Below are positions 1 to 10,022 of a DNA stretch of 64,000 nt, in pieces (the first letter of the stretch is position 1; each line of letters opens with the position of its first letter). A model generated the notes under the pieces. It made no database searches, was not told the DNA's origin, and worked only from the letters and a program-made list of their open reading frames with translations. Both the position numbers and the translations under genes were made by a program. The stretch lies in contig CAWKPA010000010.1 of assembly GCA_963851365.1 (NCBI GenBank), positions 357,966 through 421,965 on the forward strand, in the 5' to 3' direction. Source of the stretch: an uncultured delta proteobacterium. Lineage in GTDB: Bacteria > Desulfobacterota > Binatia > DP-6.

Positions 1-827
1 GTCTGATCGAGAACTATCGCGTCACCGCCACGCAAGTGGTGCCGACGATGTTCATCCGCATGCTGAAGCTCCCCGCGGCCGACCGCCTGCGCTACGATCT
101 CTCGTCGCTACGGGTCGCCATCCACGCCGCCGCTCCCTGCCCCATTCCGGTGAAGGAACAGATGATCGCGTGGTGGGGTCCGAAGATCATGGAGTACTAC
201 GCGGGCACCGAGGGCAACGGCTTCTTCGCCATCACGTCCGAGGAGTGGTTGCAGCACAAAGGCTCGGTCGGGCGCGGGCTGATGGGCACTCCCCACATCC
301 TCGACGAGGATTTCCAGGAGCTGCCGCCCGGCGAATCGGGGACGATCTACGTCGAGGGAGGAAACGCCTTCTCGTACCACAAGGACCCGGAGAAGACCGC
401 CTCGACCAGAAGCCCGCAAGGCTGGACCACCCTCGGCGACATCGGGTACCTCGACGCGGACGGCTACCTCTACCTCACCGACCGCAAAGCGCACATGATC
501 ATCTCCGGCGGCGTGAACATCTACCCGCAGGAGTGCGAGAACCTGCTCGCCACCCACCCCAAGGTGGCCGACTGCGCGGTGATCGGCGTGCCGAACGAGG
601 ACTTCGGAGAGGAGGTGAAGGCCGTCGTGCAGCCGGTCGACATGGCAGAGGCCGGCCCCGCGCTGGCGGACGAGCTGATCGAGTTCTGCCGCGCCAACCT
701 GTCGCATGTAAAATGCCCGCGGTCGATCGACTTCGAGGCCGAGCTGCCGCGGCACCCGACGGGCAAGCTCTACAAGCGGCTGCTGCGCGACCGGTACTGG
801 AAGGGCCACGCGTCCCGGATCATCTAG
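1..827 (+). CDS. Acyl-CoA synthetase / AMP-dependent ligase, C-terminal part; 5' end lies outside the window
   Basis: Frame continues from the window start. Has the YAGTEGNGF and GWTTLGDIGYLDADGYLYLTDRKAHMIISGGVNIYP motifs of ANL adenylating enzymes. TAG stop at 825-827. Confidence 0.8.
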   Translation, partial: LIENYRVTATQVVPTMFIRMLKLPAADRLRYDLSSLRVAIHAAAPCPIPVKEQMIAWWGPKIMEYYAGTEGNGFFAITSEEWLQHKGSVGRGLMGTPHILDEDFQELPPGESGTIYVEGGNAFSYHKDPEKTASTRSPQGWTTLGDIGYLDADGYLYLTDRKAHMIISGGVNIYPQECENLLATHPKVADCAVIGVPNEDFGEEVKAVVQPVDMAEAGPALADELIEFCRANLSHVKCPRSIDFEAELPRHPTGKLYKRLLRDRYWKGHASRII

Positions 828-831
828 CCCA

Positions 832-1908
832 GTGCAACCGCCAGGGAGAGCGCGATCCGCGGCAGAAGCCGACGGGGGGCTGGCACAGCGCCTGCGCGAG
901 CTCGAGGCGCTCCACGAGAGCCTGCGGGCGCTGACCGCCACGCTGGATCTCCGCGAGTTGCTGCAGACCGTCCTGACCCACATGCGCACGTTGCTGGAGC
1001 CACAGGGCCTCTCGCTGTTGCTGTACGATCGCACCCGTGACGAGTTGGTGTTCGCCGCCACCGAACTGCTCCGCGAGGACGCGGTGCTGGAGCCGGGCGT
1101 CGTCGATGGAGTCCGCCTGCGCCTCGGTCAAGGGATCGCAGGCTGGGTCGCCCGCGAACGCCAGGCGGTGCGGCTCGACGACGCCAGCCTCGACCCGCGC
1201 CACGATCCGGGCATGGCGCGCGCGGCGGGTCTGGTGCCCCGCGGCATGATTTGCGTGCCGCTCATCCACCGCGACCGCCTGCTGGGCGTCGTCCAGGTCA
1301 TCAACCGGCTCGACGGCCGGCCCTTCACCGCGGACGAGCAACGGCTGGTCCAGAGCCTCGCCGATTACGCCGCCGTCGGCATTGCCCACGCGCAGCTCTA
1401 TCGTGACGTCGAGCAGGCGTCGCTGACGGATGACCTCACCGGGCTGGGCAACACGCGCCGCTTCCACCGGGTACTGCCCCGGCTGCTCGAGCAGGCCAGC
1501 CCCGTTTCCCTCGTCGTGCTGGACCTCGATCACCTGAAGGCGGTCGTGGACACCCACGGTCATCTGGTTGGCGCGCGCACGATCGCCACCGTCGGCCGCT
1601 TGATCGGCGAGCAGATGCGCCCCGGCGACGTCGCGGCGCGCTTCGGCGGCGACGAGTTCGTGGCGGTGCTGCCGTCGACGGACACCGCCCCCGCATGCGC
1701 CGTTGCCGAGCGGATCCGCACGGCTGTCGCTGCGTGCGCCGTGCCCGACGGTCTCGCCGTGGACATCGCCGCCGTCACCGCCAGCCTAGGCGTGGCGACG
1801 GCGCCACGCCATGCGAGCGACCCCGATGGTCTGTTCCGTGCCGCCGACGCGGCGATGTACGATGTGAAGCGCCGGCAGCGCAACGGTGTCGCCGTCGCTG
1901 GCGGGTGA
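832..1908 (+). CDS. GAF domain-containing diguanylate cyclase (GGDEF)
   Basis: GTG start 4 nt after the upstream stop. GAF-like N-terminus. The C-terminus has LTGLGNTRRFH ... RFGGDEFVAVLP, the GGDEF active-site motif. Confidence 0.8.
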   Translation: MQPPGRARSAAEADGGLAQRLRELEALHESLRALTATLDLRELLQTVLTHMRTLLEPQGLSLLLYDRTRDELVFAATELLREDAVLEPGVVDGVRLRLGQGIAGWVARERQAVRLDDASLDPRHDPGMARAAGLVPRGMICVPLIHRDRLLGVVQVINRLDGRPFTADEQRLVQSLADYAAVGIAHAQLYRDVEQASLTDDLTGLGNTRRFHRVLPRLLEQASPVSLVVLDLDHLKAVVDTHGHLVGARTIATVGRLIGEQMRPGDVAARFGGDEFVAVLPSTDTAPACAVAERIRTAVAACAVPDGLAVDIAAVTASLGVATAPRHASDPDGLFRAADAAMYDVKRRQRNGVAVAGG

Positions 1909-2019
1909 CCACCGACAGCCGCCAGCGAGGGCGACGCCGCGTCCGGGCGCAGCCGGCGCGCTCCCGGATCGGCCCGTCGAGGATGCGGCGTCCTGCCGGA
2001 CCGCGCGCACGTCCCGCGC

Positions 2020-2469
2020 CTACGCCGGGCGCCAGACGCGATACTCGACCCCGAGTCCCGGCGCAGCGCGGCCCTCCCCCACGAAGAAGGTGGTGTTCAC
2101 CCATGCATAGCGCGGATCGCCCGTCTCCATGCGCGGATTGGTGAAGAAATACTGGTCGCCGTAGGCCGTTCCGCCGCCGGTCTCGAGCGCGCGGCGCACG
2201 GCGTCGTTCAATCCGAGAAGCCCCGTGTACTGCACGTAGATGTGGGCGCCGTCATGGGTTTCCACCTGCGCCCGGACATCGACCCGCAGGAAGCCGTCGG
2301 GGCCGATGAGCGCCCACTCGCCGCCGCCGATGATCTTCCCGCGCAGCCGCTCGCCCACCATCTCGCCGCCCGAGACCTCATAGTACATGCGTGTCCCGAT
2401 CGGGCCGGCGCCGACCGGAAGCGGGGGCTTCAAGGTCGCCGTGTACGAGCACTCCTGAATCAGCTTCAT
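2020..2469 (-). CDS. DUF3237 family protein
   Basis: 149 aa from the ATG (MKLIQECSY...). GGGEWALIGPDGFLRVDVRAQVETHDGAHIYVQYTG matches the DUF3237 beta-barrel signature. The longer ORF upstream in the same frame is Arg/Ala-rich extension. Confidence 0.65.
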   Translation of the reverse strand: MKLIQECSYTATLKPPLPVGAGPIGTRMYYEVSGGEMVGERLRGKIIGGGEWALIGPDGFLRVDVRAQVETHDGAHIYVQYTGLLGLNDAVRRALETGGGTAYGDQYFFTNPRMETGDPRYAWVNTTFFVGEGRAAPGLGVEYRVWRPA

Positions 2470-2479
2470 GGCACCTCCT

Positions 2480-3820
2480 CTACGCCGCGACGGCGAACAC
2501 GCGCCAGGCACCCGGGACGCCTCGCAGGGTCCGCTCGCCGCGCTCGACGAAGCCGAGGCCCGAGCCGACGACGAGGTCGCGGACCGTGCCGGTCGCCAGG
2601 ATCTCCCCCGGTGCCGCCAGCGCCGCCAGCCGCGCGCCGATGTGCAGCGCGATGCCCGCGAGATCGTCGCCACGCATCTCGCACTCGCCTGTGTGCACCC
2701 CGACGCGAACCGACAGACCGAGCCCGGTGGCCGCAGCGACGATCCCCTGCGCGCACCGGATGGCGCGCGCCGGGCCGTCGAACGCCGCCAGGAACCCGTC
2801 TCCCGTGGTCTTGATCTCACGCCCGCGAGCCCGCTCGAGCTCGCGCCGAACCGCGGCGTCATGGGCGTTCAAGAGATCCCGCCATCGCCGATCGCCGAGC
2901 TCGGCGGCGTGCTCGGTGGAACCCACGATGTCGGTGAACAGCAGGGTGGCGAGAATCCGATCGACGTCCGGCTGCGCGTGCACGCGCGCACCGGTGAGAA
3001 ACTCCTCCACCTCGCCCAGGAGATCATCGTTGGCCCCGGGCTGCCCGCCGATATGGAAATCGCCGGGTAGCTCGACCCAGCGGGCCCCCGGGATGTGGTC
3101 GGCCACATACCGCCCCAGCGCCACCGGGATCAGGCGGTCGCCGGTGCGATGCACCACGAGCGTGGGCACCGTGACCGCCGGCAGGACGTGCCGTACGTCG
3201 GTTTCGTTGGCGAAGCGCAGTGCCGCGACCGCACTCTTCGGCGTGGCCGCGTTGCGTTCCGCCCGGCCGAGCACCTCGAGCAGCGCGGGATCGCGCGGCA
3301 CGTCCTGCAGCGCGATGCGGGCCAGCATGGTCCCCTCGCCCCAGGTCTGCTCCGCCAGCTCATAGGTGTGCTCGATCAGCTCGGACGGAACACCGATGGG
3401 ATAGTCGGCCGCCTGTACGGTGCGCGCGAAGCCCCCCCACAGCACCAGCGCCGACGTGCGCTCGGGATGCGAGGCGGCGAACAGAATCGACATCGGGCCG
3501 CCCTCGGAGATGCCGAGCAACGTCGCGCGCTCGGACCCGACGGCGTCCATCACGGCGCGCATGTCGTCCATCCGCTCCTCGAGCGTGGGGATATTGGCAA
3601 CGCGGTCGGAGAGGCCGGTGCCGCGCTTGTCCAGCACGATCAGCCGGCTGAATTGCGCCAGGCGGCGCAGCACCGGGCCAAATCCGGGCAGCTCCCAGAA
3701 CAACTCGACGTGCGAGACGAACCCGGGGACGAACACGATGTCGGCGGGGCCATCGCCCGCGACCTGATAAGCGATGCTCAGGTCGCCGCACCGGGCGTAG
3801 CGCGTCTTCGGCACGCTCAT
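2480..3820 (-). CDS. Alpha/beta-hydrolase fused to a class III adenylate/guanylate cyclase domain (LipJ/Rv1900c-like architecture)
   Basis: The N-terminal 280 aa form a hydrolase fold (VFVPGFVSHVELFW, GISEGG nucleophile elbow). The C-terminal cyclase domain has LLFTDIVGST, EIKTTGDGFLAAF and VGVHTGE. Confidence 0.8.
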   Translation of the reverse strand: MSVPKTRYARCGDLSIAYQVAGDGPADIVFVPGFVSHVELFWELPGFGPVLRRLAQFSRLIVLDKRGTGLSDRVANIPTLEERMDDMRAVMDAVGSERATLLGISEGGPMSILFAASHPERTSALVLWGGFARTVQAADYPIGVPSELIEHTYELAEQTWGEGTMLARIALQDVPRDPALLEVLGRAERNAATPKSAVAALRFANETDVRHVLPAVTVPTLVVHRTGDRLIPVALGRYVADHIPGARWVELPGDFHIGGQPGANDDLLGEVEEFLTGARVHAQPDVDRILATLLFTDIVGSTEHAAELGDRRWRDLLNAHDAAVRRELERARGREIKTTGDGFLAAFDGPARAIRCAQGIVAAATGLGLSVRVGVHTGECEMRGDDLAGIALHIGARLAALAAPGEILATGTVRDLVVGSGLGFVERGERTLRGVPGAWRVFAVAA

Positions 3821-3892
3821 GGGGGCACCCTAGCCCATCGGGCACCGGACGAGTAGTCGCCGCTGGCGGGAACCGGACCTGGCTGCCAGCCG

Positions 3893-4279
3893 TCAGAACC
3901 GCACGATCCGACGGACGTGCACGGTCTCCACCCGGCCATTGTCGCCGATGAGCAGATTGATGAAGAACGTGAACAGCGACATGAGCAGCGTGCCGCCCAC
4001 CGCCGACCAGAAGCCGTCCACCTCGAAGCCCCGGACGACTTCGCTGGCCAGCTTCAACATCGCGGCGTTGATCACGACGGCGAACAGCCCCAGCGTCAAC
4101 ACGGTGAGCGGCAGGGTGAGCAGCAGGAGGACGGGGCGGATGAAGGCGTTCAGCACGCCGATCGTGAGCGCCGCGAACACCAGCGACGCGGCGCTGCGGA
4201 TCTCGATGCCGCGCACGACGAGGCTCGTGAGCCAGAGCGCCCCGGCACTCACGCCCCAACGGATCAGCAGACCACGCAT
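3893..4279 (-). CDS. YvlD/Phage_holin_4_2 (DUF360) family membrane protein
   Basis: 128 aa from the ATG at 4279. LNAFIRPVLLLLTLPLTVLTLGLFAVVINA is nearly identical in pattern to B. subtilis YvlD. Confidence 0.75.
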   Translation of the reverse strand: MRGLLIRWGVSAGALWLTSLVVRGIEIRSAASLVFAALTIGVLNAFIRPVLLLLTLPLTVLTLGLFAVVINAAMLKLASEVVRGFEVDGFWSAVGGTLLMSLFTFFINLLIGDNGRVETVHVRRIVRF

Positions 4280-4319
4280 GTTGACGACCCCCCTCTCCGC
4301 AGCGCACGACGTCGACGCC

Positions 4320-6191
4320 TCATGGCGTGTACCAGATGGGCGACGTCCAGGCACGTTCCTGGATCGTGCGTGGCGTCTCGGGATCGCAGCACGGGGCCAG
4401 GCCCGCCCCCACCGTCTCCGGCCGCGCGCACTCGACGCCACGCGCGTTGCACGCCCATTGCGTCCAGCGACATGTGGGCACCTGCAGCGCCCGGACGTAC
4501 CAGAACGCCGGCACGGCCGGATCGAAATCGGGATCGCGCCACACCGTGCACAAGGCGGCGGCCCCCCCATCCCCGACGGCGCAGGTCCGGAGATCGACGC
4601 CGGAGCCGGCTGCGGGGTCGCCGGCGACGTCCCAGACGCGCTCCTCCGGTTCGCCGTCGGGGCCCAGCCAGCCCTTCACGACCTGCAGGCGCTGGAGCGG
4701 CGCGCCCTCCTCGTCGGGGTCGCGCAGCGCGGACACCACGAAGACCGGCGCCGCCGACGTCCCGCGCGCAGGCAGATCGCCCCCCATCGGCACGCCGCCC
4801 GCATAGCCCCGCGCCGCCAGGTCGGACGCGGCGCATAGCGACGCCGGGTAGTCCCATCCCCCGAAGAAGCGCACCGTCAGCCGCGGGCCACTGGTCCCGT
4901 AGGCTTCGCGCCGGCGCATCGCGGCGAACAACGCGTCGCGCGAGTTCTCCTCGGCCCAGAGCACGGCGAGCCCGCCCGGGTTGAACTCGGCATCGTCGGG
5001 CAACCCGGGCGGCAATTCGCCCACCGCGGTGGCGCCCGCGCCGCCGTGGCCCGGGTGCGCCCGCTCGTCGGTGAAGCCCGCCGCCGCCAGGTGCGTGTCC
5101 GTGCTGGCGACGATGCCGTATTTGAACGGGTTGGCGCCCAACCGACGGCCGAGGGCGAGGCCTTGCTTCAGCGCGTCGCGCACGAAATTCGATGCGGTGG
5201 GCGCCTCGTACATGAAGCGCGAAAACTTGCCGCCGAAGCTGTCGTAGGGGAGCTTCTCGAAGGCGCACTGCTCGTCGGTGACGCCCGCGCCCGGGATGCA
5301 CTCGGAATCGCCCTTGTGCTGCATCACCTCGACCAGCGGCTCGAGGTGCTGGCGGGTCTCGGCCCAGTGGCCGTCCGCCGGCGCGCCGTCCTCGCGCGCG
5401 GCCTGGAACATGAGGCCCCCGCTCAGGTTCGAGTTGTGGGGGATGGTGAGGACGTCGCACCCCGGCACGCCCTGCGCGCAGCCGACGCGCAGCGCCTGCC
5501 ACAGCGCTTCGGGACTCGACGCCTCGAAGTAGCTGGCCGGCAAGGGCGGAACGGCGGCCGTGCGAAAGAGCACGTTGCGGTGCAGGTTCTTCGCGCTGAT
5601 CGAACCGGTCCACTCGTATCCGACGAAGGTCGTGAACCGGCACGCCGCCGAGCGGTCGTAGTGGGTCTCGGCCGCCTCCTGGATCTCGCGCCACGGCGTA
5701 CGGGCGGCATCCAGGCAGGCGGCGCCCGCCGGGCCGCAGAAGCGGTAGCGTCCGAGGCCGACATCGCGCGTGCTGCGGCCGTTCATGAAGAAGAACGCCA
5801 GCCGCGGCCAGCGCCGATAGATGCGACAGACGTAGGTGTCGTAGCCGGCCAGTCCAGGTGTGTCGCAGATCGTGCGCTCGCCGAACAGCTCGGCGTGATC
5901 GGTGACGGCCGCAAAGTCGAGCGGACGGCGGAGCCGGAGCGTCCGCAGCGCGGCGCCGTTCGCGTCGTAGGGGGGCAAGCCGATCGGCTCGCCGCGTGCG
6001 AACCGGTAGGCGTCGTCGGGTCTGGTCCGGACGCCCTGCGTGCTCGCGTCGAGGGAGAGACCGGTGTGGACGTGGAGGTCGCCGAAGAACGGGCGGCGCA
6101 ACGGGTCTACGGCCGCGCAGGGCGCGCGAGGCTCGGCGCGCTCGACCGGCGGCGCCGCCGACAGCGCGGCGGCGAGCAGCACCGCGATCAC
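4320..6191 (-). CDS. DUF3604 family protein (PHP-like metal-dependent hydrolase fold, secreted), copy 1
   Basis: Hydrophobic N-terminus (IAVLLAAALSAAPP), then PFFGDLHVHT and a long conserved body ending ERAWTSPIWYTP. The GTG start at 6191 overlaps the upstream stop (GTGA). The ORF extension to 7046 is spurious. Confidence 0.7.
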   Translation of the reverse strand: MIAVLLAAALSAAPPVERAEPRAPCAAVDPLRRPFFGDLHVHTGLSLDASTQGVRTRPDDAYRFARGEPIGLPPYDANGAALRTLRLRRPLDFAAVTDHAELFGERTICDTPGLAGYDTYVCRIYRRWPRLAFFFMNGRSTRDVGLGRYRFCGPAGAACLDAARTPWREIQEAAETHYDRSAACRFTTFVGYEWTGSISAKNLHRNVLFRTAAVPPLPASYFEASSPEALWQALRVGCAQGVPGCDVLTIPHNSNLSGGLMFQAAREDGAPADGHWAETRQHLEPLVEVMQHKGDSECIPGAGVTDEQCAFEKLPYDSFGGKFSRFMYEAPTASNFVRDALKQGLALGRRLGANPFKYGIVASTDTHLAAAGFTDERAHPGHGGAGATAVGELPPGLPDDAEFNPGGLAVLWAEENSRDALFAAMRRREAYGTSGPRLTVRFFGGWDYPASLCAASDLAARGYAGGVPMGGDLPARGTSAAPVFVVSALRDPDEEGAPLQRLQVVKGWLGPDGEPEERVWDVAGDPAAGSGVDLRTCAVGDGGAAALCTVWRDPDFDPAVPAFWYVRALQVPTCRWTQWACNARGVECARPETVGAGLAPCCDPETPRTIQERAWTSPIWYTP

Positions 6192-6589
6192 CGCAGCACT
6201 CCGAAGATGTTGGTCCGCGCACCCGCGCGTGCGAACGGGGTGCGGTAGATCGGAAACAGCGCGAGCGTCCCGAGCGCGATCACCGCGCCGGCGACGGCCA
6301 GGCCGCGCCGCGGCGGCGGCAGGCGGCGCACCGCCAGCCGCGCCAGCGCCGCGAACAGGCCGAGCCAGAGCAGACTCTGCGTCGCCAGGGCGACGGCGAG
6401 GATCGACACGACCCCCCCGGGCTCCCCGATCGCCGCAGCACCCGTCATGCCCGCCACGAGGAGGAGCCGAAGGACCGGGGCGCGTTCGATCTCGACCGCC
6501 CAGTACGCCACGGGCACGAACGCGACGGCCGCGAGAAAGAGTACGCGCCGCGCGGCGACGGGTCCGATGTCCGGCACGGCGGGCGTCAA
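6188..6589 (-). CDS. Small hypothetical membrane protein (3 predicted TM helices)
   Basis: Hydrophobic segments VLFLAAVAFVPVAYW, SILAVALATQSLLWLGLFAAL and LAVAGAVIALGTLALF. Start is TTG at 6589 (overlapping the DUF456 stop) or GTG at 6577. Stop overlaps the DUF3604 start. Confidence 0.45.
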   Translation of the reverse strand: MTPAVPDIGPVAARRVLFLAAVAFVPVAYWAVEIERAPVLRLLLVAGMTGAAAIGEPGGVVSILAVALATQSLLWLGLFAALARLAVRRLPPPRRGLAVAGAVIALGTLALFPIYRTPFARAGARTNIFGVLR

Positions 6590-7077
6590 TTCCACCAGAA
6601 CCGATCGACCAGGAACAACGCCACCATCGAGACGCCGACAGCGACTTTGAGGGCGATGCCGAGCGCGAGGCCGAGCGTCGCCCCGATGCCCGCCTTCCCG
6701 GCTTGTCGGAGACCACGCTGCGTGGACAACTCGCCGAGGACGGCGCCCACGAACGGCCCGAGGATGATCCCGAGCGGGCCGAGCGCGATCCCGAACGTTC
6801 CACCCATTGCCGCCCCGGCGAGGGCCCGATTCGAGGCGCCGAAGCCGCGGGCGCCCACCGCGCCAGCCACGAAGTCGGCCACGAGCGCGACCGCACCCAG
6901 CGCCGCAATGACGGCGAGCGACCAGAAGCCGACGTAGGCGAACCCGTTGGCCCACGCCGCGAGGACGAGCCCGACGACGATGAGCGGCGCGCCGGGCAGC
7001 GCGGGCATGACCAGCCCGGCCAACCCGAGCCCCACCAGAGCGACACCGAGGACCCACAGGACCACGGTCATGGTCAT
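6586..7077 (-). CDS. DUF456 family membrane protein
   Basis: 164 aa starting [11 protein letters not shown]. Gly-rich TM helices typical of DUF456. The ATG overlaps the yhbY stop (ATGA). Confidence 0.55.
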   Translation of the reverse strand: MTMTVVLWVLGVALVGLGLAGLVMPALPGAPLIVVGLVLAAWANGFAYVGFWSLAVIAALGAVALVADFVAGAVGARGFGASNRALAGAAMGGTFGIALGPLGIILGPFVGAVLGELSTQRGLRQAGKAGIGATLGLALGIALKVAVGVSMVALFLVDRFWWN

Positions 7078-7355
7078 GGCAGCACGATCCTCGGTTTCTC
7101 CGGATGTGGGCGATAGAGGATGACGGTGTGGCCCACCAGGCCGCAAAGCGCAGCGCCCGTCCCCTCGGCCAACAGACTCGCGTCCGCTTTCTTGTTCTCG
7201 GGTTCGTGCAACCGGACCTTGATGAGCTCGTGCGCGAGGAGCGCCTGGTCCACGGCGCGCAGGACCGCGGCGGTGACACCCGCCGTGCCGACGTGCGTCA
7301 CCGGGTCCAGGGCATGCGCGCGGCCCCGCAGCCAGGCACGCTGGCGCGGCGTCAC
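7074..7355 (-). CDS. yhbY: YhbY/CRS1 (CRM domain) RNA-binding protein
   Basis: GTG start. [31 protein letters not shown] ... [19 protein letters not shown] aligns with E. coli YhbY (LEHHELIKVKI ... LVLYRP). Confidence 0.7.
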   Translation of the reverse strand: MTPRQRAWLRGRAHALDPVTHVGTAGVTAAVLRAVDQALLAHELIKVRLHEPENKKADASLLAEGTGAALCGLVGHTVILYRPHPEKPRIVLP

Positions 7356-7380
7356 GGCCGGCGCCCCAGGCGGGCCGACG

Positions 7381-9890
7381 TCAGACGTTGTCGGCCCCCG
7401 TGGACCGGTGCCGGCCGCGCACCACGCTGGCCGCGCGGCGCGACCGCGGCGGGCCGGCAGGGCCAGCGTCCCAGGTCCAGTTTCTGATCTCCGGCATGTC
7501 CTCGCCCCATGCGGTGGATGTACTGCTTGTGCTCGATCAGTCTGTCGCGGATCGCCTGCTTGGCGTAGGCCGCCCGCGCCCCGAGCGTGCGGCACGCGGT
7601 CGATCACGTCGCCCACCAGGTGAAAGCGGTCGATCTCGTTCAGCACGGCCATGTCGAACGGCGTGGTGGTCGTGCCCTCCTCCTTGTAGCCGCGCACGTG
7701 CAGGTTCTCGTGGTTGGTGCGCCGATAGGTCAGGCGGTGGATCAGCCAGGGGTAGCCGTGGAAGGCGAAGATGATCGGCTTGTCCGTCGTGAAGAGGGCA
7801 TCGAACTCCTTGTCGGCTGAGCCCGTGCGGATGTTCCTCGTGCGGGCTGCAGCTTCATCAGGTTGACGACGTTGATGACCCGGACCTTGAGCTCCGGCAG
7901 GTAGCGCCGCAGCAGGTCGACCGCCGCCAGCGTTTCCAGCGTCGGCACGTCGCCGCAGCAGGCCATCACGACGTCGGGCTCGCCGCCCGGTCGTTGCTCG
8001 CCCACTCCCAGATGCCGATGCCGGCCGTGCAGTGCTTGATCGCCTGGTCCATGTCGAGCCACTGCGGCGCCGGCTGCTTGCCCGCCACGATGACGTTCAC
8101 GTAGTTGCGGCTGCGCAGGCAGTGGTCGGTGACGCGAGAGCAGAGAGTTGGCGTCCGGCGGCAGGTAGACGCGGATCACCTCGGCCTTCTTGTTGACGAC
8201 GTGGTCGATGAAACCCGGGATCCTGATGGCTGAAGCCGTTGTGATCCTGCCGCCAGACGTGGCTCGAGAGCAGGTAGTTGAGCGACGCGATCGGCCGCCG
8301 CCACGGGATGTCGTTGCACACCTTGAGCCACTTGGCGTGCTGGTTGAACATCGAGTCGATGATGTGGATGAACGCCTCGTAGCAGGAGAAGAAGCCGTGC
8401 CGGCCGGTCAGCAGGTAGCCTTCGAGCCAGCCCTGGCACTGGTGCTCGCAGAGCATCTCCATCACCCGCCCGTCCGGCGCCAGATGGTCGTCCCACGGCA
8501 GCCGCTCGGCGTTCCAGGCGCGTGGCGTCACTTCGAGCACGTCCTGCCAGCGGTTCGAGTTGTTCTCGTCCGGACTGAAGAGGCGGAAGTTGCGCGCCTC
8601 GAGGTTGACCTTCATCACGTCGCGCAGGAACGCCCCCATGACGCGCGTCGCTTCGGCAGTGGCGCCGCCCGGGTGCGGCACTTCGACCGCGTACTCGCGG
8701 AAGTCGGGCAGTCGGAGCTCGCGTAGCAGCAGGCCGCCGTTGGCATGCGGATTGGCGCTCATGCGCCGTTCGCCCCCGGGCGCCAGCGCCGGCGATTTCG
8801 GGCGTCGAGTCGCCCGGCGGCGTCGAACAGCTCCTCGGGCCGGTAGCTCTTCATCCAGCGCTCGAGCATCCGGACGTGCTCCGGGTTCTCGTGCATGTCG
8901 CCCATCGGCACCTGGTGCGCGCGCCAGGAGTCCTCCGTCCGCTTGCCGTCGATCGTCTTCGGGCAGGTCCAGCCCTTCGGCGTGCGCAGCACGATCATCG
9001 GCCAGCGCGGGCGCTCCGTCGCGCGCACCGCGCGGGCTGCCGCTTGGATGCGTCGGATCTCGTGCACCACCGCGTCGAGCGTGGCCGCCATCGATCTGGT
9101 GCATCCTCACCGGGTCGTCACCCTCGACGAACTAGGGCGTGTACCCGTAGCCGCGCAGCAGCTGATCGAGCTCCTCGTGACTGATGCGCGCCAGCACGGT
9201 CGGGTTCGCGATCTTGTAGCCGTTCAGGTGCAGGATCGGCAGCACGGCGCCGTCGCGCACCGGATTGAGGAACTTGTTCGAGTGCCAGCTGGTGGCGAGC
9301 GGGCCGGTCTCGGCTTCGCCGTCGCCGACGACGCAGGCCACGATCAGGTCCGGATTGTCGAACGCGGCGCCGTAGGCGTGGGAGAGCGCGTAGCCGAGTT
9401 CGCCGCCCTCGTGGATCGACCCGGGCGTCTCGGGCGCGACGTGGCTCGGGATGCCGCCCGGGAACGAGAACTGCTTGAAGAGGCGCTTCATGCCCGCCTC
9501 GTCCTGCGAGACGTTCGGATAGACCTCGCTGTAGGTGCCCTCGAGCTAGGTGTTCGCGACCAGACCCGGGCCGCCGTGGCCCGGGCCGGTGACGTAGATC
9601 ATGTTCAGGTCGTGTCGCTTGATCACGCGGTTCAGGTGGACGTAGATGAAGTTCAGACCCGGCGTCGTGCCCCAGTGGCCGAGCAGGCGGGGCTTGATGT
9701 GTTCCTTGCGTCAGCGGCTCCGCAGCAGCGGGTTGTCGTAGAGGTAGATCTGCCCGACGGAGAGATAGTTCGCGGCGCGCCACCAGGCATCGACAGCGGC
9801 CAGCTCGCGCGCAGACAGCGGGTCGGCGGCGCGAGCCGCGGGGCGCGGTGCAGGCCCCCGCTTGGCGGCGCGTCGTGTCTTTCTCGCCAT
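7381..9890 (-). pseudogene. xfp: Phosphoketolase (xylulose-5-P/fructose-6-P phosphoketolase) interrupted by in-frame stops and frameshifts
   Basis: Phosphoketolase segments lie in at least 4 frames ([120 protein letters not shown]). There are in-frame TGA at 9711-9713, TAG at 9546-9548 (replacing the Tyr of LVANTYLEG) and TAG at 9132-9134. Confidence 0.7.
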
Positions 9891-10022
9891 GCGGGGCGGG
9901 TACCATCGCGGTACGCCGGTGTCCACCGGAGGCAGGTGCGGGGCGCTCCCGCTCGGTGGTCGCGGTCACGCCGATCCGATGCGCGCGGCATGAGGCGCGT
10001 GGGCGATCGTCGTTGTTGACGC

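Noticed and set aside
4264-7046. Very long minus-strand ORFs (4264..6222, and the 4320..7046 N-terminal extension of DUF3604) encoding Arg/Gly/Ala-rich sequence
   Set aside because: Typical stop-free shadow frames of about 70% GC DNA. They overlap well-supported genes in other frames and have no domain-like sequence.
9132-9713. Possibility that in-frame TGA/TAG in xfp reflect an alternative genetic code or selenocysteine
   Set aside because: TGA and TAG act as genuine terminators of recA, ahcY, metK and many others here. No SECIS-like context was examined. TAG replaces a conserved Tyr (a TAC-to-TAG point change).
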